64,000 bases of DNA from a candidate division FCPU426 bacterium (GCA_023249615.1 JAHFCG010000001.1:2257-66256), one strand, 5' to 3'; counted from the stretch's first letter, positions 20,141-30,730 are shown. Notes: generated by a model from the letters alone, not told the origin. Numbers and translations are program-made.

Positions 20141-20483
20141 TGGTGGAGGTGGTGGGAATCGAACCCACGTCCTGAAAAACATCCGTAATGGGCACTACGT
20201 GCGTAGCTCCGGAATGAGTCTCGCTCTCCGCTCGCTCCCGAGCGGCCGGCGAAGAGCCAGTCCCTTTGGTTCTCGTCCGCTCATCGGTGGAACAACCCTG
20301 TTGCGGACCAGCCTACTACTTACGTCCCGTTCCCTTAATAGGCATCAAGGACAAGACGCTAACCGCTTTAAGCGGCCAGAGCTAACTGATTGTCGGCAGT
20401 TAAACCGTTGCCATGTTTGACGAGCGATGGCGCCTCGACACGCACCCAAAAGTTCAGCTTCCCAGTCGAAACCGGTCACCCCC
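20141..20483 (-). ncRNA. ssrA: tmRNA (SsrA), one-piece
   Basis: The minus-strand 5' end is GGGGGTGACCGGTTTCGACTGGG and the 3' end is GGTTCGATTCCCACCACCTCCACCA (tRNA-Ala-like T-arm/acceptor + CCA). The internal tag ORF GCC GAC AAT CAG TTA GCT CTG GCC GCT TAA encodes ADNQLALAA* (20368-20397). Confidence 0.9.
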
Positions 20484-20520
20484 ACATTCTCTATATTTCA
20501 ATTATGTTCAAACCCAACGG
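20484..20520 (-). promoter_or_regulatory. Candidate sigma70-like promoter of ssrA
   Basis: The minus strand reads TTGGGT-N16-TATAGA-N6 and then the GGGGG 5' end of tmRNA. Confidence 0.25.
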
Positions 20521-20527
20521 CGTTACT

Positions 20528-20953
20528 TTACGGCTTAATCCCCAGTTTCTCAAGGACGGCCGGAATATCCCTTATTTCCACATGACTGAGCCAAATGTTA
20601 TCAGGAAAAATCATCACATTCGCGCCTTCTTCGCAGACATCAAGGCACTTTGATTTGGAAACCCTTATCTTTTCCACCTGACCAGCCGCCTTAACGGCCT
20701 CCTTAAGCTTCTCCGAAAGTTCCTTGCCGCAAAATGTCGCGCCGCAAGAAACCCGTTCCCCGGGCGCCCGTTCATTCACGCAGACAAATACATATTTTTC
20801 AAATTTGGGTTCAGATTGTTCCATGTCCGCTCTTTCTTTTCGAGGCTGACGCAGGGGCGGGTCTAAGACCCGCCCCTTCAAAATCAACACCCAACCAAGG
20901 GCGAGGCATGCCTCGCCCCTACAACAACACCCACCGCGATAATTCCTTTCCAA
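20528..20953 (-). CDS. Thioredoxin-like [2Fe-2S] ferredoxin (NuoE/24 kDa-like)
   Basis: Contains CVNERAPGERVSCGA...CLDVCEEGANVMIF. The probable real start is MEQSEPKF at about 20824, because the upstream 43 codons translate GC hairpins. Confidence 0.65.
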   Translation of the reverse strand: MERNYRGGCCCRGEACLALGWVLILKGRVLDPPLRQPRKERADMEQSEPKFEKYVFVCVNERAPGERVSCGATFCGKELSEKLKEAVKAAGQVEKIRVSKSKCLDVCEEGANVMIFPDNIWLSHVEIRDIPAVLEKLGIKP

Positions 20954-20982
20954 ATCGTAGGGGCGGCACGGGGGCCTGCCCC
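20852..20982. repeat. Cluster of three tandem GC-rich palindromic units (AGGGGCG...CGCCCCT), REP/BIME-like
   Basis: aggggcgggtctaagacccgcccct; agggcgaggcatgcctcgcccct; aggggcggcacgggggcctgcccct. Confidence 0.55.
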
Positions 20983-20995
20983 TATAGAACCAAAT

Positions 20996-21415
20996 TCATT
21001 CACCCATGACCTTTAAAATAACTCTCTTTTTCCTTTTTCCGTCAAACTCAGCATAGTAAATCTGCTGCCAGGTTCCAAAATCTAGTTTCCCTTCCGTAAC
21101 CGGAACAACCACTTCATGGTGGACCAAGATGCTTTTCAAGTGTGAATCACCGTTATCTTCCCCCGTCTGATGATGCCGGTAATTTTCCTTAAAGGGCGCC
21201 AGCTTTTCCAGCCACTCATCAATATCTGCGATCAATCCGTTTTCCGCGTCATTGATATAGACACCCGCAGTTATGTGCATTGCCGAAACCAGGACCATTC
21301 CTTCCTTGATTCCGCTTTTCCTGACGGCTTTTTCCACATCGTTGGTGATATTAATATATTCCCGGTGGTTTTTTGTGTTAAACCAAAGATATTCCGTTAA
21401 GAATTTCATTTCCAA
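20996..21415 (-). CDS. YjbQ/UPF0047 family protein (secondary thiamine-phosphate synthase-like)
   Basis: ~139 aa; ...[23 protein letters not shown]...[15 protein letters not shown] is characteristic of YjbQ. Confidence 0.7.
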   Translation of the reverse strand: MEMKFLTEYLWFNTKNHREYINITNDVEKAVRKSGIKEGMVLVSAMHITAGVYINDAENGLIADIDEWLEKLAPFKENYRHHQTGEDNGDSHLKSILVHHEVVVPVTEGKLDFGTWQQIYYAEFDGKRKKRVILKVMGE

Positions 21416-21421
21416 CTCCTT

Positions 21422-22237
21422 TTATTTCCAAACCACCAACACAAGCCCCCCAAGAATTAGAAAAGCCCCAAAACCCCGGGATTTCCAACCCTGTTTTTCA
21501 CCCAATAGAAAATAACTTAAAACAAACCCGACTACCAGATTGAAGCGAACCAATGGACTAACCTGGCTTAAGGGTGCCATTTGAAGGGCCGCGTAAAAAA
21601 CAACGGTTGAAACGGCCGAGAACAAAATCAGAAGCCAATTCACTCCGAGGTTTCGAACAACCGCTTTGACTGAAGTCGTCCTTCCTTTTAAACCCCCAAG
21701 GGTTAAAAGTACGGCGCCGATCAAAAAAGCAAAACAGGAGTGAAGTAAAAATCCGCTTTCGGGAAGGGCCAATTTGCTGAATACCCCGCTTAAGGAACCG
21801 ATCAACGCGGCGCCAAGCCCCCACCAGGACCAATGACCCCGGTAGTAAAGCCAAATGGCCCCCGCCACCACCAAAAAAACTCCCAACCAGAGGCTTGGGC
21901 TGATCGTTTCCCTTAAAAACAGCAAAGCCCAAAAGGCGCTGAAGAAGGGTGTCACATTGCTTAAAGCGTAGGTGGAATAATAATCCCTCCTGGCCCCGCG
22001 GGTAAGCGCCCAAAGGCTCGCGCATTCCATGGTTCCGCTCATCGTGGTAAAAATCCACCACTTCAGCGATAAAGTTTTGAGGGAAAATAACGCGAAGGGC
22101 ATGAGGGCCAAAGCAACTCCCCATCTCATGCTGACGGTGAAGGTTAGGGCTCCTTCTTTTTGAACCCGCCCCTTGATCTGGGAGCTCCAGACAGCGTTCA
22201 AAACCGCGGAGGTTAGTGTGAGCCAGACCCAGGTCAT
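21422..22237 (-). CDS. EamA/DMT-family transporter (10 TM)
   Basis: Hydrophobic duplicated 5-TM architecture, ~271 aa. Confidence 0.7.
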   Translation of the reverse strand: MTWVWLTLTSAVLNAVWSSQIKGRVQKEGALTFTVSMRWGVALALMPFALFSLKTLSLKWWIFTTMSGTMECASLWALTRGARRDYYSTYALSNVTPFFSAFWALLFLRETISPSLWLGVFLVVAGAIWLYYRGHWSWWGLGAALIGSLSGVFSKLALPESGFLLHSCFAFLIGAVLLTLGGLKGRTTSVKAVVRNLGVNWLLILFSAVSTVVFYAALQMAPLSQVSPLVRFNLVVGFVLSYFLLGEKQGWKSRGFGAFLILGGLVLVVWK

Positions 22238-22318
22238 ATATTATCCTCTTGGTCATTATTTAGGGGCGCGATTCATCATGCCCTTGGCGCCTTAAAAGCC
22301 GCGCCCACAGGATGGAAT

Positions 22319-23143
22319 TCACCCGATCGCGACCAAAAACAATCCCGTTAATATCAATCCCCCGCCCAGCGCCTTTTGCTTCCAACCTGTTCTTTCTTTC
22401 AACAAAAAGTAACTAAAAAAGAACCCAAAAAGAAGATTAGCCCGTACCAAGGGATTAATCTTGGACGCGGGTGAGTGGCTTAAAGCGACATAGAATAAAA
22501 CTGAAGCGAGGAAGGACCAAAAAGCCGGAGCAAGGATTTTTTTCCATTCCTTTACCATGATCTTGGGCCGCAAACGGGAGTTCGCCAGACTTTCCAATGG
22601 GACGAGGAACAATGCACCAATCCCGAAAGACCAAAAAGCGAAAAACATCGGAGGTGAATCAGCCAAAGCCATTTTATTCACGATAACACCCGCCGTGGAA
22701 AAAACAGCTCCCCATAGACCTCCCCAGGACCATCCGCCCATCCGGTGAAAAATAAAAGCTCCCATGGCGATAAGAATTCCCCCGGCGACCAGGGATCCTG
22801 ATTGGGCCTCACCTAAAATAATTGGCGCGGCCAGTACCGTAAAAAAGGGCGTAAGATTATAAAAGGCGTAGGTGGTGTAATAATCTTTTTGCACCCCCCT
22901 GACCAGCATCCAGGTTCTCAATCCCTCAAAAAAACCAGCGAGAAGGGTTAATCCCCACCATTTTAAGGAAAGGGGCCAAGTCCACTGAAACAAGGCCAAG
23001 GGAAGGAGCATCAGGGCCGTCAAAAGACGAAAGACCAGGGTGAACTCTCGGGGAGAAACCCGATGTAAAATTTTCTTGGAAAGGGCCGTCCAAAGGGCGT
23101 TAAAGAAGCCGGCCACCACCGCCATCCCGAGCCACAGCATCAA
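22319..23143 (-). CDS. EamA/DMT-family transporter, tandem paralog
   Basis: Same architecture and similar local motifs as the neighbouring transporter. Confidence 0.7.
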   Translation of the reverse strand: MMLWLGMAVVAGFFNALWTALSKKILHRVSPREFTLVFRLLTALMLLPLALFQWTWPLSLKWWGLTLLAGFFEGLRTWMLVRGVQKDYYTTYAFYNLTPFFTVLAAPIILGEAQSGSLVAGGILIAMGAFIFHRMGGWSWGGLWGAVFSTAGVIVNKMALADSPPMFFAFWSFGIGALFLVPLESLANSRLRPKIMVKEWKKILAPAFWSFLASVLFYVALSHSPASKINPLVRANLLFGFFFSYFLLKERTGWKQKALGGGLILTGLFLVAIG

Positions 23144-23157
23144 AGCACGACCCTTTT

Positions 23158-23255
23158 AGCCACCGATGAATGGGATGAATACGGATACCCAAAAGGGAAT
23201 TTCCTGTTTTTCAAAAAAAGATTTAAAGCCATCTGTGTTTATCGGTGTTCATCGG
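23158..23255. repeat. Related element: GCCACCGATGAA ... TTATCGGtgttcATCGGTGGC (phased ATCGG repeats, outer 12-bp inverted repeat)
   Basis: ATCGG at 23241 and 23251; the inverse arm is at 23158-23169. Confidence 0.5.
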
Positions 23256-23259
23256 TGGC

Positions 23260-23685
23260 TCAATGGCTTGCGATTGGTTCTTCGTCGAACTGTTCCTTGT
23301 CATTCAATACCCATGATTTCATAGAGGTGAACTTACCCTTTTGGATGGACATGATGACGTAGGAAAAACCAGGCCAAGCCGCCTGTCGGTCTGTTTCCGA
23401 GGCTTTATCAGTGTGATCAGGATGGGAATGGAATATCCCCAGAACATCCAATCCCTTTTGCCGGGCGAGGGCTTCCCCCTTCATATAATCTTTAGGATCC
23501 ATGTCATATCGGGTTTCGGGCTTGAGTTTATTCAGGTTGCCGCATTCAAAAACTTCCGTGACGACACGGGGTTCCCCCGCCTTTCCAAACATAAACCCGC
23601 AAATCTCATAGGGATATCCCTTTTCGGCAATAGCGATCATGACTTTCTTCGCCTGTTCATTTTTAAAAGAAATCATTATTCCCAC
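23260..23685 (-). CDS. JAMM/MPN+ (Mov34) metalloprotease, Mec+/QbsD-like
   Basis: EICGFMFGK...FHSHPDHTDKASETD fits the JAMM ExnHxHx7Sx2D motif. It overlaps the upstream cysteine synthase by 10 nt. Confidence 0.8.
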   Translation of the reverse strand: MGIMISFKNEQAKKVMIAIAEKGYPYEICGFMFGKAGEPRVVTEVFECGNLNKLKPETRYDMDPKDYMKGEALARQKGLDVLGIFHSHPDHTDKASETDRQAAWPGFSYVIMSIQKGKFTSMKSWVLNDKEQFDEEPIASH

Positions 23686-24626
23686 ACTCTTGTCGATAAA
23701 TATTTATCTCCAGAGTCCGGGAAAATGGTGACGATGCAACCCTTTTTAATCTCCTTCGCCAATTGAACGCAGCCCGCCATCGCGCCTCCGGAAGAAAGAC
23801 CCGCCAGGATTCCCTCTTTGCGGGCCAAGACCTTCACCCATTCGTAACTTTCATCCGTATCAATATCAATATGCTGGTCATAGGAATTCTTGTCATAAAT
23901 CCCAGGCACGATGGAGGAGGCCATGTGTTTCAGCCCTTCCAACCCATGGAAAGGCTGGGACGGTTCCATGGCCACTACCTTAATAGATGGTTTCATTTCC
24001 TTTAGGCGCTTTCCTGTTCCGATGAGGGTTCCGCTGGTTCCAATTCCCGCCGCGAAATGAGTGATCCTATCTCCCAACAATTCCATGATTTCCTCGGCGG
24101 TCGTGAGCGTATGCGCTTTTGGATTTTCGGGATTGTTGTATTGGTCGGGGACAAAATATTTTTCAGGGTCTTTTTTATAAAGTTCTCGCGCCAAAAGAAT
24201 GGCGCCGTCCGACCCTTCCATCTCGCTGGAAAAGTGGACTTCGGCGTTAAAAGACTTCAAGATTCGTTTGCGTTCATCACTGACGTTGGCAGGAAGAGCC
24301 AAAACCACCCTGTAACCAAGGGCCGCCCCGATCATGGCGTAAGCGATACCGGTATTACCCGAGGTCGCGTCAAGGATGGCTTTGTCCTTCGTGAGCTTCC
24401 CGTTTTTGAGACCTTCCTGAATCATTCGCAGGGCGGGACGGTCCTTGACGGATCCGCCGGGGTTGAAGGACTCGAGCTTGGCGAAAATTTCAACACCAGG
24501 CACATTATGGGAATGGATCTGAACCATGGGGGTGCGGCCGACTAATTCCGTGACGCTTTCGAAGATTCTGGGTGGATTGGAAATGGAAACAGCCACGGAA
24601 ACCTCCTTAGGCACATCTAGCACCAA
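23676..24626 (-). CDS. cysM: PLP-dependent cysteine synthase (CysM/CysK family)
   Basis: ...GRTPMVQ...KLESFNPGGSVKDRPA...TSGNTGIAYAMIGAALGY. The probable true start is a GTG at about 24596, preceded by an AAGGAGGT Shine-Dalgarno. Confidence 0.85.
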   Translation of the reverse strand: MVLDVPKEVSVAVSISNPPRIFESVTELVGRTPMVQIHSHNVPGVEIFAKLESFNPGGSVKDRPALRMIQEGLKNGKLTKDKAILDATSGNTGIAYAMIGAALGYRVVLALPANVSDERKRILKSFNAEVHFSSEMEGSDGAILLARELYKKDPEKYFVPDQYNNPENPKAHTLTTAEEIMELLGDRITHFAAGIGTSGTLIGTGKRLKEMKPSIKVVAMEPSQPFHGLEGLKHMASSIVPGIYDKNSYDQHIDIDTDESYEWVKVLARKEGILAGLSSGGAMAGCVQLAKEIKKGCIVTIFPDSGDKYLSTRVWE

Positions 24627-24716
24627 GACTCCAAGCCACCAAGAAAATATTTTATTTCAGGAGCCTGTTTCCAATCCAATTTTCAAAATCTTGGCGTCTT
24701 GGAGTCTTGGAGCTAG
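24617..24716. repeat. Inverted-repeat element with CCAAGACNCCAAG arms around an AT-rich core (family copy 1)
   Basis: Left arm ctagcaccaagactccaagccaccaagaaa; right arm aatcttggcgtcttggagtcttggagctag. Confidence 0.6.
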
Positions 24717-24724
24717 ACTTGGTG

Positions 24725-26044
<1,320 letters not shown>

Positions 26045-26241
26045 TTAAATGAGGGTTGATTCTACCCTTGGGGCTGGAGAACGGCAAGACTTTCAGGGAA
26101 ACCGCGCCCCCTTTTCTGAAAAACCTCCGAAATTAAAACCAACATCCCGAAAGAAAATAAGTTTTTAAAAGTTTACCGAACCCATTTGAAATATAATCCC
26201 TAAAACAAATTTCACTCGGGTCAAAAACTGGACGAAGGCGG

Positions 26242-27798
26242 TTGTTCATGCACACTCCCCTGCCAAAACTCAACCCGCGTTACGGCCTTTCGGCCTTTCT
26301 CGCGGGCGCCGTCGTTCTTTTTATCGAGCTGGCCGGGACAAGGCTTCTCGCCGCCGTTTTCGGCTCAAGCCTTTACGTTTGGTCCGCGCTTATTACCGTC
26401 ACACTTCTTTCCCTCGCGGCGGGGGCCTGGTGGGGCGGTTGGTTCGCCGACCAATGGGAAAGTCCTAAGGTTCTTTCTCTTCTCTGGTTTTGTTCCGCCC
26501 TAACGATGGGTATGGTGGTTCCCCTGAGGGGACTCATCTTTCCCCTCGCCGACCAGGTTGATTTGAGAATCGGGGTCCTTCTTTGCTCCCTTCTTCTTTT
26601 TTTCATGCCCTTGGCTTTTCTCGCCGCGGTCCCACCCGTCCTCATCAAATTAATGAATCCCGATCACCGGCATTTGGGCCGGGTGGTGGGAAAAATTTCA
26701 GCCCTCGGCACCGCGGGCAGTTGTTTCGGGGCAATTGCCACAGGATTTTATCTGGTCCCCAGCTTTCCCCTTACCAAACTTTTCCTTTATTTGTCACTCC
26801 TCCTTTTCCTGGCCGGAATAATCTCCTCATGGAAAACGGGAAATAAATTAACTAAAGTTCTTCTCCTTTTTTCCTGGATAGGTTGTTTGCTTTTATTCTC
26901 CCCCGAAAGAAATCTTTCCCTTATAGGAAACCGCGCGACATCGGCCGACCTTGAAATAAACCAAAGTCTATACGGACAGCTTCAGGTAATGGAGGAGGAA
27001 TCCAAACGTCTATTATTCCTGGACGGAATTTTTCAAGGTGGAATGAAGTACCCCTCAGGAGTTTCCCTGACACAATACACGGCCACCATGGAAATCCTGG
27101 GATTATCCGCCGTCCCGAACCCGGGGAACATTCTGGTTATCGGCCTCGGATCGGGTGTTATCCCATCCGACTTTCATAAAAAAGGGCTAAACGTTGAGGC
27201 GGTGGAAATAAATCCCCAGGTCGTTGATCTTTGCCGAAACTGGTTTGATTTGCCGTTGCCCATTGAAAAAATTCACCGGATGGATGGCCGGCAATACTTG
27301 AAGGGTTCACGGGAAGCTTTTGATTTGATTTTTTTGGACGCGTTCGCGGGGGAGGAAATGCCGGCCAATCTTCTGACCCTCGAGGCGTTTCAATCGGCTC
27401 GAAATCATCTGTCAGACCAGGGAGCGCTTTTATTGAATTATGTCGGTTTTTCCCAACCGCCTTCTTCTCGGGTTTTATCGACGATTACCGCCACCTTGAA
27501 AAAGGTTTTCCCATCCGTTGGCATTTTTAGGGCGGGAGACAAGGAAAGTATCGCCAATTTTATCGTTGTCGCACGGGTTAAAGAGGGGCCTTGGAGTCCC
27601 ACTCCGGATATCCCCTGGGGGAACAATGAAACCGCCAGTCTTTCAAAAATTCTGGGGAACCTTGTCCAGCCGGACGAACCCTACCCCTTTCTCATTCGTG
27701 ATGATTATTCCCCGCTGGAATGGCTGGATAGGAAAACAAGATTTGCCTGGCGGGAAAAATGCGTGGGTTTGATGCAGTTAGCACAAACGGGGCTTTAA
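26242..27798 (+). CDS. Fused polytopic membrane domain + spermidine-synthase-like (aminopropyltransferase fold) protein
   Basis: ~7-8 N-terminal TM segments followed by ...ILVIGLGSGV...FDLIFLDAF, a SpeE-like Rossmann motif. Confidence 0.65.
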   Translation: MFMHTPLPKLNPRYGLSAFLAGAVVLFIELAGTRLLAAVFGSSLYVWSALITVTLLSLAAGAWWGGWFADQWESPKVLSLLWFCSALTMGMVVPLRGLIFPLADQVDLRIGVLLCSLLLFFMPLAFLAAVPPVLIKLMNPDHRHLGRVVGKISALGTAGSCFGAIATGFYLVPSFPLTKLFLYLSLLLFLAGIISSWKTGNKLTKVLLLFSWIGCLLLFSPERNLSLIGNRATSADLEINQSLYGQLQVMEEESKRLLFLDGIFQGGMKYPSGVSLTQYTATMEILGLSAVPNPGNILVIGLGSGVIPSDFHKKGLNVEAVEINPQVVDLCRNWFDLPLPIEKIHRMDGRQYLKGSREAFDLIFLDAFAGEEMPANLLTLEAFQSARNHLSDQGALLLNYVGFSQPPSSRVLSTITATLKKVFPSVGIFRAGDKESIANFIVVARVKEGPWSPTPDIPWGNNETASLSKILGNLVQPDEPYPFLIRDDYSPLEWLDRKTRFAWREKCVGLMQLAQTGL

Positions 27799-27818
27799 CA
27801 TCCCGTTGTCCCAAAAAA

Positions 27819-29126
27819 TCAAAATGAATCCAGGTTGTTGAAAACCAAACCTGTTACCAGCTTGGGAAAAAAATAGGTGGACTTCTGGGGCATACGCTCC
27901 TGCTTCATTGCAATCTCCCTCAATTGTTCAATTCGGGTTGGATTTAAAAAGAATGTCGCGGCGAATTCCCTCTTTTTCAAACGTTTCACTGCTTCATCCG
28001 CTTTGCTCGTAAAGGATATTTCGTGTTCCACCTTTTCCTTGGTAATTCCGAAGAAAGGTTCCAGAATCAGCCGGTGAAGAAGAGTAACGTCGAGTTTTTT
28101 CTGGGGGTCTGAAACGTCGCTCAACAAGGGGGAATGGACGACCGATTTGGCGAATTGAAGGGCATAGAGTTTTTTCCCGTCAAAGGAAAGACCAATGGCG
28201 GGTTCTTTTTTCCCCAGCTTTTCCATCCATTTCCAGGGAGCGAGCCCCGCGATGGTTTTGGGGTATTCATGAAGCTCTCCCAGGGAAGACAACCGGCTCA
28301 ATAACAACCTGGGGGAGGTAATCAACCGCTGGGGAAGCATGCGGTGGGTAGGCAAAATAACCAAACCCGGATCCTCCATGGCGACAAACATCATCATCAC
28401 ATAATCAATCGCCCTCGTCCCCATCCTGCCTTTGTCGTTTTTATTTCGGAAAGCCTGATATGCCAGCGCTGTTTCGTAGCGGTGATGTCCATCGGCGATG
28501 AAAAGGGTCGCGTTTTTAATTTTCCGTTGGACTTCCCTTATGACCTTCGGGTCCGAAACCTTCCAAACACGGTTTTGAATTTCGCTCGGGTAATTCACGG
28601 TGATATCGGCTTTTTTCGAAGTGATCTTTTTCAAGAGCTTCCCCACCCCGCCCTTGTCGGGATAAAGGGAAAAAATCGAACTGAAGTTGGAATGACAAGC
28701 CTTCATCAGTTTCAACCTGTCGGCCTTGGGTCCGCTTAAGGTGTGTTCATGGGCGAGGATTCCGCCTTTTTTTTTGCCGAAAGGGGTCAGCTGGGACAAG
28801 GCGATAAAACCCGTCCTTTGGTAGGTTTTCCCTTGAACCTTGAAACCCTGTTGGTAAACATAAAGCAACGGGCCTGCGTCCTGCCGCAAAATATTTCTTT
28901 TTCTCCAATCGGAGAAAAACTTTTGCGCGCTTTTGTAGTCGGAAGCGGCGTGCTTTTCATGGCTGGGGTTTCCAATAATCAGCCGAATAACATTTAAGGG
29001 GCTCGAGCCCTTCAATTGCTTTTTTTGCTGGGTGGAAATGACATCGTAAGGAGGAGCCAAAACCCTGCTTAATTTGGGGGAGGTTTCCTGGTAACGGATG
29101 CCCCGAAAAGGAATAATATTCGCCAT
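27819..29126 (-). CDS. DUF1015 family protein
   Basis: MANIIPFRGIRY...APPYDVIS...ADGHHRYETALAY, motifs I associate with DUF1015. Confidence 0.55.
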   Translation of the reverse strand: MANIIPFRGIRYQETSPKLSRVLAPPYDVISTQQKKQLKGSSPLNVIRLIIGNPSHEKHAASDYKSAQKFFSDWRKRNILRQDAGPLLYVYQQGFKVQGKTYQRTGFIALSQLTPFGKKKGGILAHEHTLSGPKADRLKLMKACHSNFSSIFSLYPDKGGVGKLLKKITSKKADITVNYPSEIQNRVWKVSDPKVIREVQRKIKNATLFIADGHHRYETALAYQAFRNKNDKGRMGTRAIDYVMMMFVAMEDPGLVILPTHRMLPQRLITSPRLLLSRLSSLGELHEYPKTIAGLAPWKWMEKLGKKEPAIGLSFDGKKLYALQFAKSVVHSPLLSDVSDPQKKLDVTLLHRLILEPFFGITKEKVEHEISFTSKADEAVKRLKKREFAATFFLNPTRIEQLREIAMKQERMPQKSTYFFPKLVTGLVFNNLDSF

Positions 29127-29239
29127 AAAAAACCTTTCACCACAAATTACACAAGGTTCACAAAACCTTAAACAATGGAAATTATAAAAGTCATACTTCG
29201 TGAACTTTGTGATCTTCGCGGTTCAATTTTTGATTGATC

Positions 29240-29782
29240 TCAGGTTTTGCGGGCCAGCAGTCTTTTGACCTCATCACTAAAGGCGTTGATGTCCTTGAAT
29301 TGGCGGTAAACGCTGGCAAAGCGGACATAAGCCACATCATCGAGATCCTGGAGCCGCTTAATGACCATTTCCCCGACCTCGGTTGAATTAATTTCTTTCG
29401 CGGCTCTTTCCATCAAGGCCGTTTCAATGTCGTCGACCAGGGCTTCAATTTTTTCCGAGGACACAGGACGTTTTTCCACGGCTTTGCGGACACCCGCAAC
29501 AATCTTCAAACGGTCAAAAGGCTCACGCCGGCCGTCCCGCTTGACGACCATGGGAAGAATTTCCTCGATCTGTTCATAGGTCGTAAAACGCTTCTCGCAT
29601 TTAAGGCATTCGCGGCGTCGGCGGATCGCCGAACCGCCCTTACTCGGCCTTGAGTCCATGACCTTGTCTTCCTGATGTCCACAAAAGGGGCACTTCATCC
29701 ACAACTCCTCAACCGGTAGTGGCATAACAACAACGGGCCGAATTATACCATAGGTGGGTGGAATTGATAAAACATCTATCAA
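29240..29782 (-). CDS. nrdR: Transcriptional repressor NrdR
   Basis: Internal MKCPFCGH...[12 protein letters not shown] zinc ribbon followed by an ATP-cone. The likely real start is at about 29698; the upstream 28 codons are probably not translated. Confidence 0.85.
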   Translation of the reverse strand: MIDVLSIPPTYGIIRPVVVMPLPVEELWMKCPFCGHQEDKVMDSRPSKGGSAIRRRRECLKCEKRFTTYEQIEEILPMVVKRDGRREPFDRLKIVAGVRKAVEKRPVSSEKIEALVDDIETALMERAAKEINSTEVGEMVIKRLQDLDDVAYVRFASVYRQFKDINAFSDEVKRLLARKT

Positions 29783-29847
29783 CCACTTGAGTGAGGCGGG
29801 AAATCAAAGGGGTTTAAAGGTATTTTTCAAAACCCGGGCGGGTCAAT

Positions 29848-30711
29848 TCAGGGAATGATTTCGGTTCCAACACCCTGGGGAGTAAAAATCTCCAAAAGGA
29901 GGGCGTGGGGCAGTGTCCCGTCAATAATGTGGGTTTTATGGACCCCGCCCTTAATCGCTGTCAGGCAGGCCTCAATTTTAGGAATCATTCCCCCGGAAAT
30001 GACCCCCGCTCTCAGAAGTTTGGGAACATCTTTTACCCGGACAGTTGAAAGAAGAGTCTTGGGGTCGTCTTTTCTTTTGCAAATTCCAGGCACGTCGGTA
30101 AGGAAAACCAATTTTTCCGCTTTAAGGGCGCCGGCAATCGACCCTGCCGCCTCGTCCGCGTTTACGTTATAGGTATGGCCGTCCAAACCAAGACCCAGCG
30201 GCGCGATCACGGGAATAAATTGTTCCCGATCAAGACTTTGAAGCACTGCCGTGTTTACCTTTGAAACTTTCCCGACGAATCCGATATTTTTTCCTGATTT
30301 GGATTTCATCCGCGAGGCCTGAAGCATGGCCCCATCCTTGCCGGTTAAGCCGACCGCCCTCCCCCCCAATTGATGAATGAGGCTGACCAGTTGCTTGTTG
30401 ATCTTCCCACCCAAAACCCTTTCAACCACCTTCATAGTTGGGATGTCCGTGACCCGTAATCCATCCACAAACCGGGAACGAATTCCGAGTCTTTCGGTGG
30501 CTTTGGTAATGTCCTTGCCGCCGCCATGAACCACCAACGGCCTCATTCCGACGAATTTCATCAGAACTATGTCTTGAAGGGTATTTTTTAAGTCGGCTTC
30601 CCCGGAACGTGTGCTTCCACCATACTTGACCACCACCGTCCGGCCAAACCATTGCTTGATGTAGGGAAAGGCCTCGATTAGAATTTTAGCTTTTTCGATG
30701 GATTCCTTCAT
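29848..30711 (-). CDS. argB: Acetylglutamate kinase
   Basis: VVKYGGS...HGGG...typical AAK-family ArgB. Confidence 0.85.
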   Translation of the reverse strand: MKESIEKAKILIEAFPYIKQWFGRTVVVKYGGSTRSGEADLKNTLQDIVLMKFVGMRPLVVHGGGKDITKATERLGIRSRFVDGLRVTDIPTMKVVERVLGGKINKQLVSLIHQLGGRAVGLTGKDGAMLQASRMKSKSGKNIGFVGKVSKVNTAVLQSLDREQFIPVIAPLGLGLDGHTYNVNADEAAGSIAGALKAEKLVFLTDVPGICKRKDDPKTLLSTVRVKDVPKLLRAGVISGGMIPKIEACLTAIKGGVHKTHIIDGTLPHALLLEIFTPQGVGTEIIP

Positions 30712-30730
30712 TTTTCAAAACCCCAATAAG

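Noticed and set aside
20141-20483. Genomic island/prophage integrated at tmRNA
   Set aside because: No integrase, no partial duplicate of the tmRNA 3' end, and the flanking genes are ordinary chromosomal genes.
29698-29782. Upstream 28 codons of the nrdR ORF ([28 protein letters not shown])
   Set aside because: NrdR families begin at MKCPFC. The extension is a longest-ORF artefact, as with the ferredoxin (20825-20953), the kinase (10042-10236) and probably cysM (24597-24626).
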